Shown: one piece after another, positions 8,742 to 17,215 of the stretch
Layout of the letters: every line of letters begins with the position of its first letter
Position numbering within the stretch: the stretch's first letter is position 1
IMG/VR virus record: IMGVR_UViG_2706796290_000001
Span: 1 to 34,170 of that record
Length of the DNA: 34,170 bases
DNA from: a virus
Lineage: Duplodnaviria; Heunggongvirae; Uroviricota; Caudoviricetes
Direction: 5' to 3' (one strand)
The notes under the pieces: model-generated
The model's input: only the letters and a program-made list of their open reading frames with translations
The model's database searches: none
What the model was told of the DNA's origin: nothing
Program-made: the position numbers and the translations under genes

Positions 8742-9114
8742 CCCCGCCTCCGTATATTGATTCGTATGCTGCAATAGCTGCTAGCAATGGCTGGTTATAT
8801 ACAAAACAATCTTTATGAGCTTCTGAACGTGCTGCTTTTAATCCACCTAAGCTATTTACTAAATCAACCGACTCCACCAGACGCTTGAGTTCGGAAAGTG
8901 GTTTAATTACCTCACTGGTAAATATCTGATATGGAACAACGCTTCTTCTCCAATGCTTATTGGTCCACACATAGCATTCAGTTTCAGAAACATTCTTTGT
9001 GTATCTAGTTCCGCAACTTAAATCCCTATAGTGAGTTGCATCTTCTGGCGCCATTTCTAAAATTTGCTTAGCCTCTGGCAACCCCTGCTCACGAATAAAC
9101 TGTTCTGGTTTCAT
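8734..9114 (-). CDS. hypothetical protein (MKPEQFIRE family, recalled from Acinetobacter prophages), 126 aa
   Basis: AAGGAG SD; N-terminal sequence recalled, not searched. Confidence 0.65.
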   Translation of the reverse strand: MKPEQFIREQGLPEAKQILEMAPEDATHYRDLSCGTRYTKNVSETECYVWTNKHWRRSVVPYQIFTSEVIKPLSELKRLVESVDLVNSLGGLKAARSEAHKDCFVYNQPLLAAIAAYESIYGGGDE

Positions 9115-9194
9115 TTAGGAACTCCTTTACTGATCATTGGACAGTATATCGCATGTTCTTTAATACTTCTACCACAAAATTGACATTTTACCAT
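9111..9194 (-). CDS. 27-aa C2HC zinc-knuckle microprotein (MVKCQFCGRSIKEHAIYCPMISKGVPK)
   Basis: GGAG SD; C-x2-C-x6-H-x3-C; stop overlaps the next ATG; not in the ORF track. Confidence 0.6.
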   Translation of the reverse strand: MVKCQFCGRSIKEHAIYCPMISKGVPK

Positions 9195-9195
9195 A

Positions 9196-9360
9196 TTAGT
9201 TCTCCATGCACCATTTAAGTGCACATTCCAAGCTTTCTGCTTCAGCAACCTGCCGACCATCAATTTCAGAAATGTAAAATGCTAAAGCTCCCTCTTCAAT
9301 TTCATAACCATTGCATGAAATATAGTCACCATCAACTATCACAACAGCTTCTAAAGTCAT
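9196..9360 (-). CDS. acidic hypothetical protein, 54 aa
   Basis: GAGGG SD; fills the gap; not in the ORF track. Confidence 0.6.
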   Translation of the reverse strand: MTLEAVVIVDGDYISCNGYEIEEGALAFYISEIDGRQVAEAESLECALKWCMEN

Positions 9361-9363
9361 GCA

Positions 9364-9570
9364 CTAACCCTCAAAAATGTTATTATCCATGATATCAGAA
9401 ATAACTTCATCAATCTCTAAATTTGTTTCTTCGATAAGTTTATCGTACTTTTCTTTTTCCGCAAATACATCCCTCTCAGTCTTCAACTTCTCAAGACGAA
9501 CATGAAGAGAGTGTAACTGAGTGTGAAGCCTTGCGAGATTACCTGTGGTTTCTAAGTCAAACATTGTCAT
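9364..9570 (-). CDS. coiled-coil hypothetical protein, 68 aa
   Basis: GGAGG SD; heptad pattern. Confidence 0.7.
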   Translation of the reverse strand: MTMFDLETTGNLARLHTQLHSLHVRLEKLKTERDVFAEKEKYDKLIEETNLEIDEVISDIMDNNIFEG

Positions 9571-9871
9571 CCTCCATTAAATTGTAGGCAGAAATTAGGC
9601 TAGTTATCAACTGATCCAACTCACTCTTCGAGAGAATTCCAACTTTTTGACATGAAACTTCATCAAGCATATTTCTTCTTGTATCATAGAAGTTAATACT
9701 ATTATCTTCTTGCACACTGATTAAATCTTGCTCACACAGGAAGTTTGGTTTGAAGTCGTCACTTATAACAATTCTCAAACCATTAGCATCACCATCACTA
9801 TCAAGAAAAGTGTAGACAAACACCCCTTTCTCTTTACCGATACCTCTTTTATCATTGGTAGTTATTTTCAT
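9557..9871 (-). CDS. hypothetical protein, 104 aa
   Basis: Operon packing. Confidence 0.7.
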   Translation of the reverse strand: MKITTNDKRGIGKEKGVFVYTFLDSDGDANGLRIVISDDFKPNFLCEQDLISVQEDNSINFYDTRRNMLDEVSCQKVGILSKSELDQLITSLISAYNLMEDDNV

Positions 9872-10142
9872 AAGATCTCTGACTCCCTAAATAACTTTCT
9901 AAAATAACATCATATAAATCATCTTGGTTATTTATGTAGTAGCTATTGTAAGGGCTTAGCACCAAGATTTCAGATGGTCTATATGCCCTACCTTCTTCAG
10001 TGACTATTGTGGATTTTTCACTGTTGTAATACTCACTATTAAGTTTCAGCTTACCAACCAAAACCCTACCACAATCTCTGGGTATAAACTGTACTAGATC
10101 ACCATCTCTGTATGAACTCACCCATTTTCCATAAATGATCAT
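9852..10142 (-). CDS. hypothetical protein, 96 aa
   Basis: Start overlaps the upstream stop. Confidence 0.68.
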   Translation of the reverse strand: MIIYGKWVSSYRDGDLVQFIPRDCGRVLVGKLKLNSEYYNSEKSTIVTEEGRAYRPSEILVLSPYNSYYINNQDDLYDVILESYLGSQRSYENNYQ

Positions 10143-10390
10143 TCTTCATCCCCCATAGAAACCAACCAAGATATATGAGTTTTCCCAGTAAGTACAAATG
10201 CTGTATAACCAGACTTCCTTAACTCCTCCAAGGTTCTTTTTGTAACTTTTTTGTCAAGCGATATACTGAACGCACCTGAACTTGCTGCACTCTTAATCTT
10301 TTTATAGCACTCTTCAAGATCTTCTTCTGTGTTACCCTCATCAAAACTATCAGCCATCTTTCTAGCTTCTTTTGCAGTTATCTTTTCCAT
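10139..10390 (-). CDS. hypothetical protein, 83 aa
   Basis: Start moved to MEKIT (AAGGAG SD). Confidence 0.7.
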   Translation of the reverse strand: MEKITAKEARKMADSFDEGNTEEDLEECYKKIKSAASSGAFSISLDKKVTKRTLEELRKSGYTAFVLTGKTHISWLVSMGDEE

Positions 10391-10400
10391 TTTTATCTCC

Positions 10401-10607
10401 TTAAGATAATTCATTAAGTGCATCTACAGCAAAGCGATGCGGGTTATTGAGAGTAAGCAAGCCAATAAAAAACATAAGGATGTACATTACCGGTGCAAAC
10501 AAGAACCAAATTACAAAAGCCATCCAAATCAGCTTTACTCTTTTTTCTGGATATTCTTTCCACTGGTGCTTAAATGACTTAAGCTGCCTAGTTGCATATT
10601 TTCTCAT
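10401..10607 (-). CDS. membrane protein, 68 aa
   Basis: GGAGG SD; hydrophobic central segment; first gene of the leftward arm. Confidence 0.7.
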   Translation of the reverse strand: MRKYATRQLKSFKHQWKEYPEKRVKLIWMAFVIWFLFAPVMYILMFFIGLLTLNNPHRFAVDALNELS

Positions 10608-10634
10608 AAAACCTCCTAAAAATTTTGTTTATTT

Positions 10635-10950
10635 TAGCACTAAAAATCACCAAATACAAGCACCATAAAAATCACCTTTGGAAACCTCACTTCCAGAAAT
10701 TAAAAAACGGCAAAAAATTTAACTTAAAAAACAAGAACTTGTAGCACTAAAATTTATCGTCCCTTGAGAAAAGAAACATCGAAAAGGATACCTTAAAAAG
10801 AAAATAAAAGAGCACATAAAAACTTACCTAAAAGGATAACCTAAAGGTTAAATTTGGTGGGTGGGTAATTTTTAAAACAAACAACCCAAACAAAGGAAAA
10901 ACCTAAAGGTTAAAACTTAAGAAGATCCCTAAAGGATACCTAAAGGTACA
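10635..10950. repeat. AT-rich divergence region with iteron-like repeats (candidate origin or genome-end region)
   Basis: CCTAAAGG at 10840, 10902, 10928, 10939; CCTAAAAGG at 10827; TAGCACTAAAA at 10635 and 10742; no ORF; gene polarity switches here. Confidence 0.6.
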
Positions 10951-10965
10951 TCTTAAAGAAACAAC

Positions 10966-10993
10966 TTGACAAAGAGATAAACTGTGCTATTGT
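10966..10993 (+). promoter_or_regulatory. sigma70-type promoter, extended -10
   Basis: TTGACA-N16-TATTGT with TGn. Confidence 0.7.
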
Positions 10994-11076
10994 AATTAGT
11001 ATAGGATAACCACAATAAGTAAACATATTGATCACTAGGATGTGATTGTCCCAATAACTTACAAGGAAGGTTTCAT

Positions 11077-11376
11077 ATGCGTAAAAGCAAAAAGAAATCT
11101 GGTAAAATTTCCTTCAGTATTGTTCCTAAAGAAGCTGTTCAAGCAAAACCTTTAAAAATAACATGTTCAGAGTGCTCCAGTCATAATGTAATTATCGATA
11201 CTGGTGTGTGCTCTTTACCTAAAGGAAATAATCCAGAAAAACAAGTAATCCACCAGACCATTTGTCTCGATTGCAGTCATGTTGGTGGGGTTTGTCTAAC
11301 CAGTGAACAAGTAGAACAACTCATTAGAGATGAAGAGGAGTTAGCTGAAGTAATGATTGTTGCTGGAAAACTTTAA
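11077..11376 (+). CDS. zinc-ribbon protein, 99 aa
   Basis: CSEC and CLDC pairs; basic N-terminus; GGAAGG SD. Confidence 0.7.
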   Translation: MRKSKKKSGKISFSIVPKEAVQAKPLKITCSECSSHNVIIDTGVCSLPKGNNPEKQVIHQTICLDCSHVGGVCLTSEQVEQLIRDEEELAEVMIVAGKL

Positions 11377-11395
11377 CAGAATATAGGTGAATGGC

Positions 11396-12028
11396 ATGTT
11401 AGTCTTTAAAACACTTGTCTTGGATTTCCTGACAGGTTTAGTTGGTTCTTTACTTAAAAACTGGAAGTTAGCCTTAATTAGTTTCTTGATTTTATTCTCA
11501 GTGCTTTATACCAGTCACCTTAAAGGTGAGTTAAAAGATGCTAAAACTGATTTGGATACTCAAAAGGCATATCACAGTGCATACGTACAGGCATATGAAA
11601 AGGAATTCCAGAAGAGATATGCAGAGGTCGTGCACATAAACAAACGATTAGTAAAAGATTTGGAGGAAGTCAATGGACAAATTGAAAGGAAAAATCAAGA
11701 AGTTGAAGCTACTTATGCCGATAACCGTGCTCTTCTTGATGAGCTTACTCGTAGGTTGTCAAAGCAGCAAGATTCAGGAACCAAAGGTGGGGGTTGGGTC
11801 ACTACCGATTCCAGTGTACCAGCTACCAAAGCTACAGAACCCGAATCCACAAGCAGATCATTCATCGAATGTGCACAAGAGCTTACAGAAATGGGTCGGG
11901 AAGCAGACTCCTTAGCAATTGACCTACAGGCAGTTATCCAAAGTCACAATAATTATTTAACTGAGATAGAGATTTTAAACTCAAGTAACTTAAATGGAAA
12001 TTCCAAGGAATTAGATAAGAGGGATTAA
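11396..12028 (+). CDS. Rz: i-spanin (Rz-like)
   Basis: N-terminal TM plus long coiled-coil; contains a +1-frame lipoprotein gene; ATG at 11396 follows an AGGTG SD (track start 11387). Confidence 0.82.
   Translation: MLVFKTLVLDFLTGLVGSLLKNWKLALISFLILFSVLYTSHLKGELKDAKTDLDTQKAYHSAYVQAYEKEFQKRYAEVVHINKRLVKDLEEVNGQIERKNQEVEATYADNRALLDELTRRLSKQQDSGTKGGGWVTTDSSVPATKATEPESTSRSFIECAQELTEMGREADSLAIDLQAVIQSHNNYLTEIEILNSSNLNGNSKELDKRD
11673..11915 (+). CDS. Rz1: o-spanin lipoprotein (Rz1-like), embedded in Rz
   Basis: GGAGG SD; signal peptide with lipobox LLVG-C; Pro-rich mature part; fully nested in the +1 frame. Confidence 0.82.
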   Translation: MDKLKGKIKKLKLLMPITVLFLMSLLVGCQSSKIQEPKVGVGSLPIPVYQLPKLQNPNPQADHSSNVHKSLQKWVGKQTP

Positions 12029-12031
12029 GTA

Positions 12032-14794
12032 ATGGCTGATGTATTAGTCACAGGTATTAAAATTGGGGATATGCCCCTTAAAGGTACTGTTTCAGGAAAT
12101 GAAAAGCTACCTACTGGAGATGTAGGAGACTTAGCTGTTACTCCTAATCAAATTAAAGACTTCACGATTCAAGAAGGTAACCTTGTAAATCAAGAACAAC
12201 TTGATGATGCAATAGAGTCAGTAGAACAAACCTCTTCAGGGCTTGCTGGCAGGGTGCAGACACTAGAAAGTAGAACTTCTAATGTCGATAATACGGCTGA
12301 CCTAGATAAACCCATCAGCAATGCTACACAAGCTGCTTTAGATGCTAAGGCAGATAAGGTAGATGTAGACGCAAAATTAGATCTCAAAGCTGACAAAGAT
12401 AAAGTAGTTTCTTCTTTTAATGGTCAAACTGGTGCAGTTACACTGGATCAATCCGATCTTATTGATGTTGGTGGTGATTTCACTGCAACACCAATTTTTC
12501 AAAACGTACCTAAATTAACAAAACCTGATGGTAGCTCTATACCAGAGATTGATTCTCAAATTCAACCATTAGTAAATAGTATAGCAGTCCATAGACAAGG
12601 ATTAACCCCGACATTTGATCAAGCATTTGCTGAGGCAATTGGTGGCTACCCATTAAATGCCAGACTAATGCTCGATAATGGGGATATTGTTAAATCAACA
12701 ATTCCTAATAACGTTAACAATCCTAATGCAAATATGAATGGTTGGAGTGTTATTAAAAACTCCATTCCTTTTGTAGACTCTATCTCCGATCTATCAAGTA
12801 TTAATAATCCAAAACATGGAGAAATTATTGTTGTACGACACTTTGATAAACCTAGCAACCGCTTAAATGGTGGTGGTGAATTTTATTATGACTCTTCTAA
12901 ATCAAGTGTAAATGACGGTGTTTTGTGCTTCAACGGATGGGTTAGAGAAGTTCCATTTAATATCTATACACCCTATATGTCTGGTTGTTATGGAGATGGA
13001 GTTACTGATGACACACTTAATTTTGACAAGCTTATGTATGCATTGGAAGTCAATTCATTAAGTGGAACTGTTGTTTGTGATGGTGTTTTTTATTTTAACA
13101 GTCAATGTCCTCGAACTGGAAAAATGATTGACCCTGTTCAGTTCAATGAAAAAAATGCTATTCGTTTAGTATCAAATGTTGATCTGGTTATTCAACCAAA
13201 TTCAGTATTAAAATTTGGCTCATTTTACAGGGGTACTGCCGAACAACCAAAGTGCAACATTCTTAGTGCTATGTATCGAGAAGATTCAAATGATTGGTAT
13301 GGAAGAAGTAAACATAAAAACATTAATATCTATGGAGGGGGAAAATTAGACTTTTCTGAAACATCAAGTCCAGATGCTCCACAGGACGGCTACAGATGGG
13401 CTATAAAAGCATCAATTGATAATATGAAAGTTTACGGCTTGACTTTTGAAGGGGGTGATTTTGCAAATGCCTTTCAATCTTCAAAAACATCAACAAATAT
13501 TGAAATATTTGGAAATACATTTATCAATTTGATGTCTGATACATCATTATTTCATGATCATTCTACTATTTATTGTATCGGTAAGAATATAAAAGTGCAT
13601 GATAACGATTTTATATTTACAACAGTTAAAGGTAAATTAAACTCTTGCGCTTGTGAATTGCACGGATCAAACCAGTGGTTTTACAATAACCGCATAAATG
13701 GGTATCCAAATATGCTATTTAGTGCAATTTTACGGACAGATCAATCTTTAGATTCTAACGAAATAGTTTATGATCAAAAAGCGTACAACAATACTGCAAC
13801 CATATCAAGATCGGCTCTTGGATTCTGGTCGATACCAAATCAAACTGCAAAATTAAATGATCTTGAGTTTTATGATAATAATGTAACTTTTATTGAAGCG
13901 CCAACTTTACAAGAGTATACAAATTCAGGAGTTAGAGGATTAAGCTACCCATCCGATCTTAGCGCATCCGTATTTACCGTATGGCCTGAAGGAGATACTG
14001 TTCCTAACATTACTTATTCTGCTGAAGTTTTGGATCATATTTTAATTCGTGACAATACATTCAGCGCTACTGATGAAATTCTAAATAATCAGATTGTCAG
14101 TGCTGTTAGATTTGTTGGTAGTTATGTTCGTGAGAATCTTAAATTTCTAAACAACTCGATGAAATTGAATACGATTCTGAATCGTGACGTTAGCACAAGC
14201 ACTGCAAATGATTATTTTAAGGGGTGGGAGTTCTCTGGAAATGAGTATGACTTTTCTAAATTTATTAATCGGCGACACGGTATGTTGATGTATCTGGAAT
14301 ACATGCAAGACTGCTTGTTTGACTTCAATATCAACTCTAAATTTCCCGCAATTGATAAGACTTATAGCTTACTAAACTTTGTGTTTAGTGATGACTCTAA
14401 GGTATTAAATAATACCATTAAAATCAAACCAAACGGTTCATATCGTGTTTTTAATTCATGGCTTGGTGGTGACTTTAACACATACTCAGACGCCAATATT
14501 GGTGGAAAAGGAAATTATATCGAATCTGTTTCATATGTTTATATTCAAGAAAGCAGGAAAAGTGGCGGTACTGTTTCAAAAATGGGAGTGCAAAGTGGAT
14601 CAATTCCCTCTGCTGCAAAACTGGGCATGGTTTTAGAGTATACCGAAACCATGCTTTCTACTGTTATTTACTCTCCCTCGTATACTACTGATTATTCAGG
14701 AACATACAAACTTGTATCGCTAGGAATATCTGAAACACCTTTTTCAATCACAGATACATCTGACAGGTTTGCTTTTATGAAATATTCAACGTAA
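12032..14794 (+). CDS. tailspike / capsule depolymerase, 920 aa
   Basis: Fibre-type N-terminus (KAD repeats, VSSFNGQTGAVTL, IGGYPLNARLML); GDGVTDDT pectate-lyase-3-like start of a right-handed beta-helix. Confidence 0.85.
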   Translation: MADVLVTGIKIGDMPLKGTVSGNEKLPTGDVGDLAVTPNQIKDFTIQEGNLVNQEQLDDAIESVEQTSSGLAGRVQTLESRTSNVDNTADLDKPISNATQAALDAKADKVDVDAKLDLKADKDKVVSSFNGQTGAVTLDQSDLIDVGGDFTATPIFQNVPKLTKPDGSSIPEIDSQIQPLVNSIAVHRQGLTPTFDQAFAEAIGGYPLNARLMLDNGDIVKSTIPNNVNNPNANMNGWSVIKNSIPFVDSISDLSSINNPKHGEIIVVRHFDKPSNRLNGGGEFYYDSSKSSVNDGVLCFNGWVREVPFNIYTPYMSGCYGDGVTDDTLNFDKLMYALEVNSLSGTVVCDGVFYFNSQCPRTGKMIDPVQFNEKNAIRLVSNVDLVIQPNSVLKFGSFYRGTAEQPKCNILSAMYREDSNDWYGRSKHKNINIYGGGKLDFSETSSPDAPQDGYRWAIKASIDNMKVYGLTFEGGDFANAFQSSKTSTNIEIFGNTFINLMSDTSLFHDHSTIYCIGKNIKVHDNDFIFTTVKGKLNSCACELHGSNQWFYNNRINGYPNMLFSAILRTDQSLDSNEIVYDQKAYNNTATISRSALGFWSIPNQTAKLNDLEFYDNNVTFIEAPTLQEYTNSGVRGLSYPSDLSASVFTVWPEGDTVPNITYSAEVLDHILIRDNTFSATDEILNNQIVSAVRFVGSYVRENLKFLNNSMKLNTILNRDVSTSTANDYFKGWEFSGNEYDFSKFINRRHGMLMYLEYMQDCLFDFNINSKFPAIDKTYSLLNFVFSDDSKVLNNTIKIKPNGSYRVFNSWLGGDFNTYSDANIGGKGNYIESVSYVYIQESRKSGGTVSKMGVQSGSIPSAAKLGMVLEYTETMLSTVIYSPSYTTDYSGTYKLVSLGISETPFSITDTSDRFAFMKYST

Positions 14795-14865
14795 TAGAAT
14801 CATTAATGTTATCTTGTGTGCAGCACTTTCAACCCCAAAGGTTTTGTACCACTCCTCTAGACAAT

Positions 14866-14893
14866 TTGACAAACTAACTTTCTGTGATAAAAT
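14866..14893 (+). promoter_or_regulatory. sigma70-type promoter, extended -10
   Basis: TTGACA-N16-TAAAAT with TGn. Confidence 0.78.
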
Positions 14894-14920
14894 GAATAGT
14901 TTTTGATCAAGGAGTTAGTT

Positions 14921-15307
14921 TTGTCTAGTTTAATGTGTATGGCATTGGTTATCTTTTCAGAAGCTCGTGGTGAGCCACTTAAAGGTAAACAAGCTGTTGC
15001 AGAAGTGGTAGCAACACGATCTATTGAATGGAACAAGGATGTATGTGGTGTGATTTACCAGAAAGGTCAATTTACAGGAATTAGAAATGTAAAGCCACCT
15101 AAAGAGGGGACACCAGCACGAAAAGAATGGGAAGATTGTCATGCAATTGCCAAAAAGTATGTTCATGATGAGAAAGCCGTTACTAAATATAAAGTAAAAA
15201 GACCTACAAACTTCACCAATAGGGCACTCTACTTCAATCGAGGCAGTAGTTGCTCTAACGGTAATTATAAGATAACCAAGATAGGAAATCATGTTTTTTG
15301 TAGGTGA
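14921..15307 (+). CDS. SleB-like cell wall hydrolase (Hydrolase_2)
   Basis: EARGE catalytic motif, AVAEVV, VIYQKGQF, C-terminal IGNHVFC; TTG at 14921 follows AAGGAG (track start 14903). Confidence 0.88.
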   Translation: MSSLMCMALVIFSEARGEPLKGKQAVAEVVATRSIEWNKDVCGVIYQKGQFTGIRNVKPPKEGTPARKEWEDCHAIAKKYVHDEKAVTKYKVKRPTNFTNRALYFNRGSSCSNGNYKITKIGNHVFCR

Positions 15308-15331
15308 TTTTAATATTTAAAGGAGTTAAGT

Positions 15332-15847
15332 ATGTCACAGGAACGTGAAGACTTAGAAGTTTCTTCTCAAGATACTCCAATTGGCTCTGAGTTAATGACT
15401 AATGCTCAGAAAAAACTTAAAGAAGCCCAAAAGAAAAGAGTATCTTTAGAAAAAATTATTGCTTTAACAGACGATGCTATGATTGACTCTATTCAGTACA
15501 TGCACCAAACAGTAAATAATCCTAAAGTAAGTCCAAATGCTCGTGTTGTTTGTGCGAATAACTTGGTTGCAATCAACCTTAAAGCTAAAAAACAACTTAC
15601 AGAAGAGAAAATGGCTGAACAAATGTACAGACACAAGGAACTTGTTATCCGTGCTGAAGCTATGAAGATTGCCCAATTGTCTGGTATAGGTCAAGAAGGT
15701 GGAGGATATGCTTCAGAAAGAACTGGGACTTTACAGTTAGAGTATGTAGAGAATCCAGAATATGCCGATGTTCCTACAGACCCAACATTAGCTGATGGAT
15801 ACGTTCCTGAATCTGGTGAAGGTCTGGGTGAGTATGAGATAAATTAA
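15332..15847 (+). CDS. helical protein, 171 aa; possible terminase small subunit
   Basis: AAGGAG SD; size, helical character and acidic tail; TerS call rests on position only. Confidence 0.4.
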   Translation: MSQEREDLEVSSQDTPIGSELMTNAQKKLKEAQKKRVSLEKIIALTDDAMIDSIQYMHQTVNNPKVSPNARVVCANNLVAINLKAKKQLTEEKMAEQMYRHKELVIRAEAMKIAQLSGIGQEGGGYASERTGTLQLEYVENPEYADVPTDPTLADGYVPESGEGLGEYEIN

Positions 15848-15930
15848 CCTTATTTTGTACAATAAATATACAACTAAGTAATATTTTTATGGTTTTTATG
15901 AAAAATTTATGAAAATATCAAATTTAGGTG

Positions 15931-15958
15931 TTGACAATGTATAAAAATCTGGTAATCT
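15931..15958 (+). promoter_or_regulatory. promoter of the tRNA array
   Basis: TTGACA-N16-TAATCT with TGn, about 90 nt before tRNA-Tyr. Confidence 0.8.
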
Positions 15959-16050
15959 TAAATACATAGCGCTGATAAACATATTGATTATTTGTTTTTC
16001 ATAGTTATGTCCTTATCGGTAACCAAGAGTAAAAGCCCTCTTGGTTATTT

Positions 16051-16136
16051 GGGTGATGTTGGGGTGTTGGTCAACCCCATCAGACTGTAAATCTGACGTG
16101 AAAGCTGTCTAGGTTCGAATCCTAGATCACCCACCA
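16051..16136 (+). tRNA. tRNA-Tyr(GTA)
   Basis: GGGTGAT/ATCACCC acceptor, TCAGA/TCTGA anticodon stem, variable arm, CCA. Confidence 0.93.
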
Positions 16137-16139
16137 AAT

Positions 16140-16214
16140 AGTACCTTAGTTCAGGGGTAGAACGCAGAACTGATAATTCTGAGGTCGATGGTTCGAAACC
16201 ATCAGGTACTACCA
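16140..16214 (+). tRNA. tRNA-Ile(GAT)
   Basis: Canonical cloverleaf, CCA. Confidence 0.95.
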
Positions 16215-16243
16215 ATTTAAAAGTTTTTAAAAGTTTATTCAGG

Positions 16244-16315
16244 TCTAGTGTAGCACAACGGTAGTGCAGCAGACTGTTAATCTGTTGGTTGTTGGTTCGA
16301 ATCCAGCCTCTAGAG
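16244..16315 (+). tRNA. tRNA-Asn(GTT), CCA not encoded (CCT)
   Basis: Cloverleaf with G73; U6xU67 mismatch. Confidence 0.88.
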
Positions 16316-16317
16316 CC

Positions 16318-17028
16318 TGAGTAAATTAAGAATTACCCTTCGGGGTATGGGTCGTGTATAACCCTTAGATAAACTGCAAAACAGTATAAAGTCGTAACGG
16401 CAGTTATGGCGCAGAGTAAAAATCTGTCAAGTACACACTCAAGGTATCATACTTATGTGGCGTAGAGCCAATCGGTGTAAACCATTTAAGTATGGGGGTG
16501 TAATGCTCCTGAGTCGATAGGCAATAAGAGAACTTGAAGGTATCTAGCGAAGTTGATTGTCAAGTCAAAACGCTGTTTACCATTGTGAGAGGTATATAGA
16601 GTTTAACAGGTGGTGCTGAATCTCGTAGTCCTAAACCAAGTGGACAATATATGCTTGAAACATCGTGCATGGTAAAGCACATTAGGTAGTGTGGTATTGA
16701 TGGGTTCAAAAGATCTGTTAGCCACAGAGAAACCACTATCTATGCAATACAAATTTCATTTTAGGAAAAAATTAAATTCAAAAGTGTTTCTCACGTTGGC
16801 ATGAAAGGTGCTTACATAGTAATGGGTTGTCCATTGCACATTTAACCTGAAAGGTTATTTGTATTTTCATGAAAGGATTATGTTTGGTAGGCATACTAGC
16901 ATAGTTTGAGTATTGGGAGAGTAGTTCCAACGTCTAAGAGTGGTTAGCTATACTGACCAGCACTGATCACTACTATATAAAGTATAGTGGATAATGAGGG
17001 AAAAGATAATCCTCTCAAGGTGGTCATT
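16318..17028 (+). ncRNA. large (~700 nt) structured non-coding RNA, GOLLD/ROOL-like candidate
   Basis: No ORF; at least 15 hairpins or long-range stems visible by eye; sits between tRNA-Asn and tRNA-Asp; family not confirmed. Confidence 0.7.
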
Positions 17029-17057
17029 TAAACGTGTAATCTCAGCGTTTTACTTGT

Positions 17058-17133
17058 GGCTCTGTAGCATAGTGGATTATGCGCCTCCCTGTCTAGGAGA
17101 AAAACGCCAGTTCGAGTCTGGTCAGAGTCGCCA
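17058..17133 (+). tRNA. tRNA-Asp(GTC)
   Basis: Cloverleaf, G73, CCA; unusual U37. Confidence 0.92.
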
Positions 17134-17137
17134 GTAT

Positions 17138-17212
17138 TGTCGTATAGTGTAATGGTTAGCACAGAAGACTTTGACTCTTCTAGTTTAGGTTCGAGTCCTA
17201 ATTCGACTACCA
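17138..17212 (+). tRNA. tRNA-Gln(TTG)
   Basis: Cloverleaf, CCA; U1xU72 and U6xU67 mismatches; A73. Confidence 0.88.
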
Positions 17213-17215
17213 AAT

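Noticed and set aside
10827-10946. CRISPR array
   Set aside because: Repeats are only 8-9 bp with irregular short spacing; no cas genes.
16318-17028. tmRNA or RNase P RNA as the identity of the large RNA
   Set aside because: No tRNA-Ala-like paired ends with CCA, no tag ORF, and no recognisable RNase P P4 motif seen by eye.
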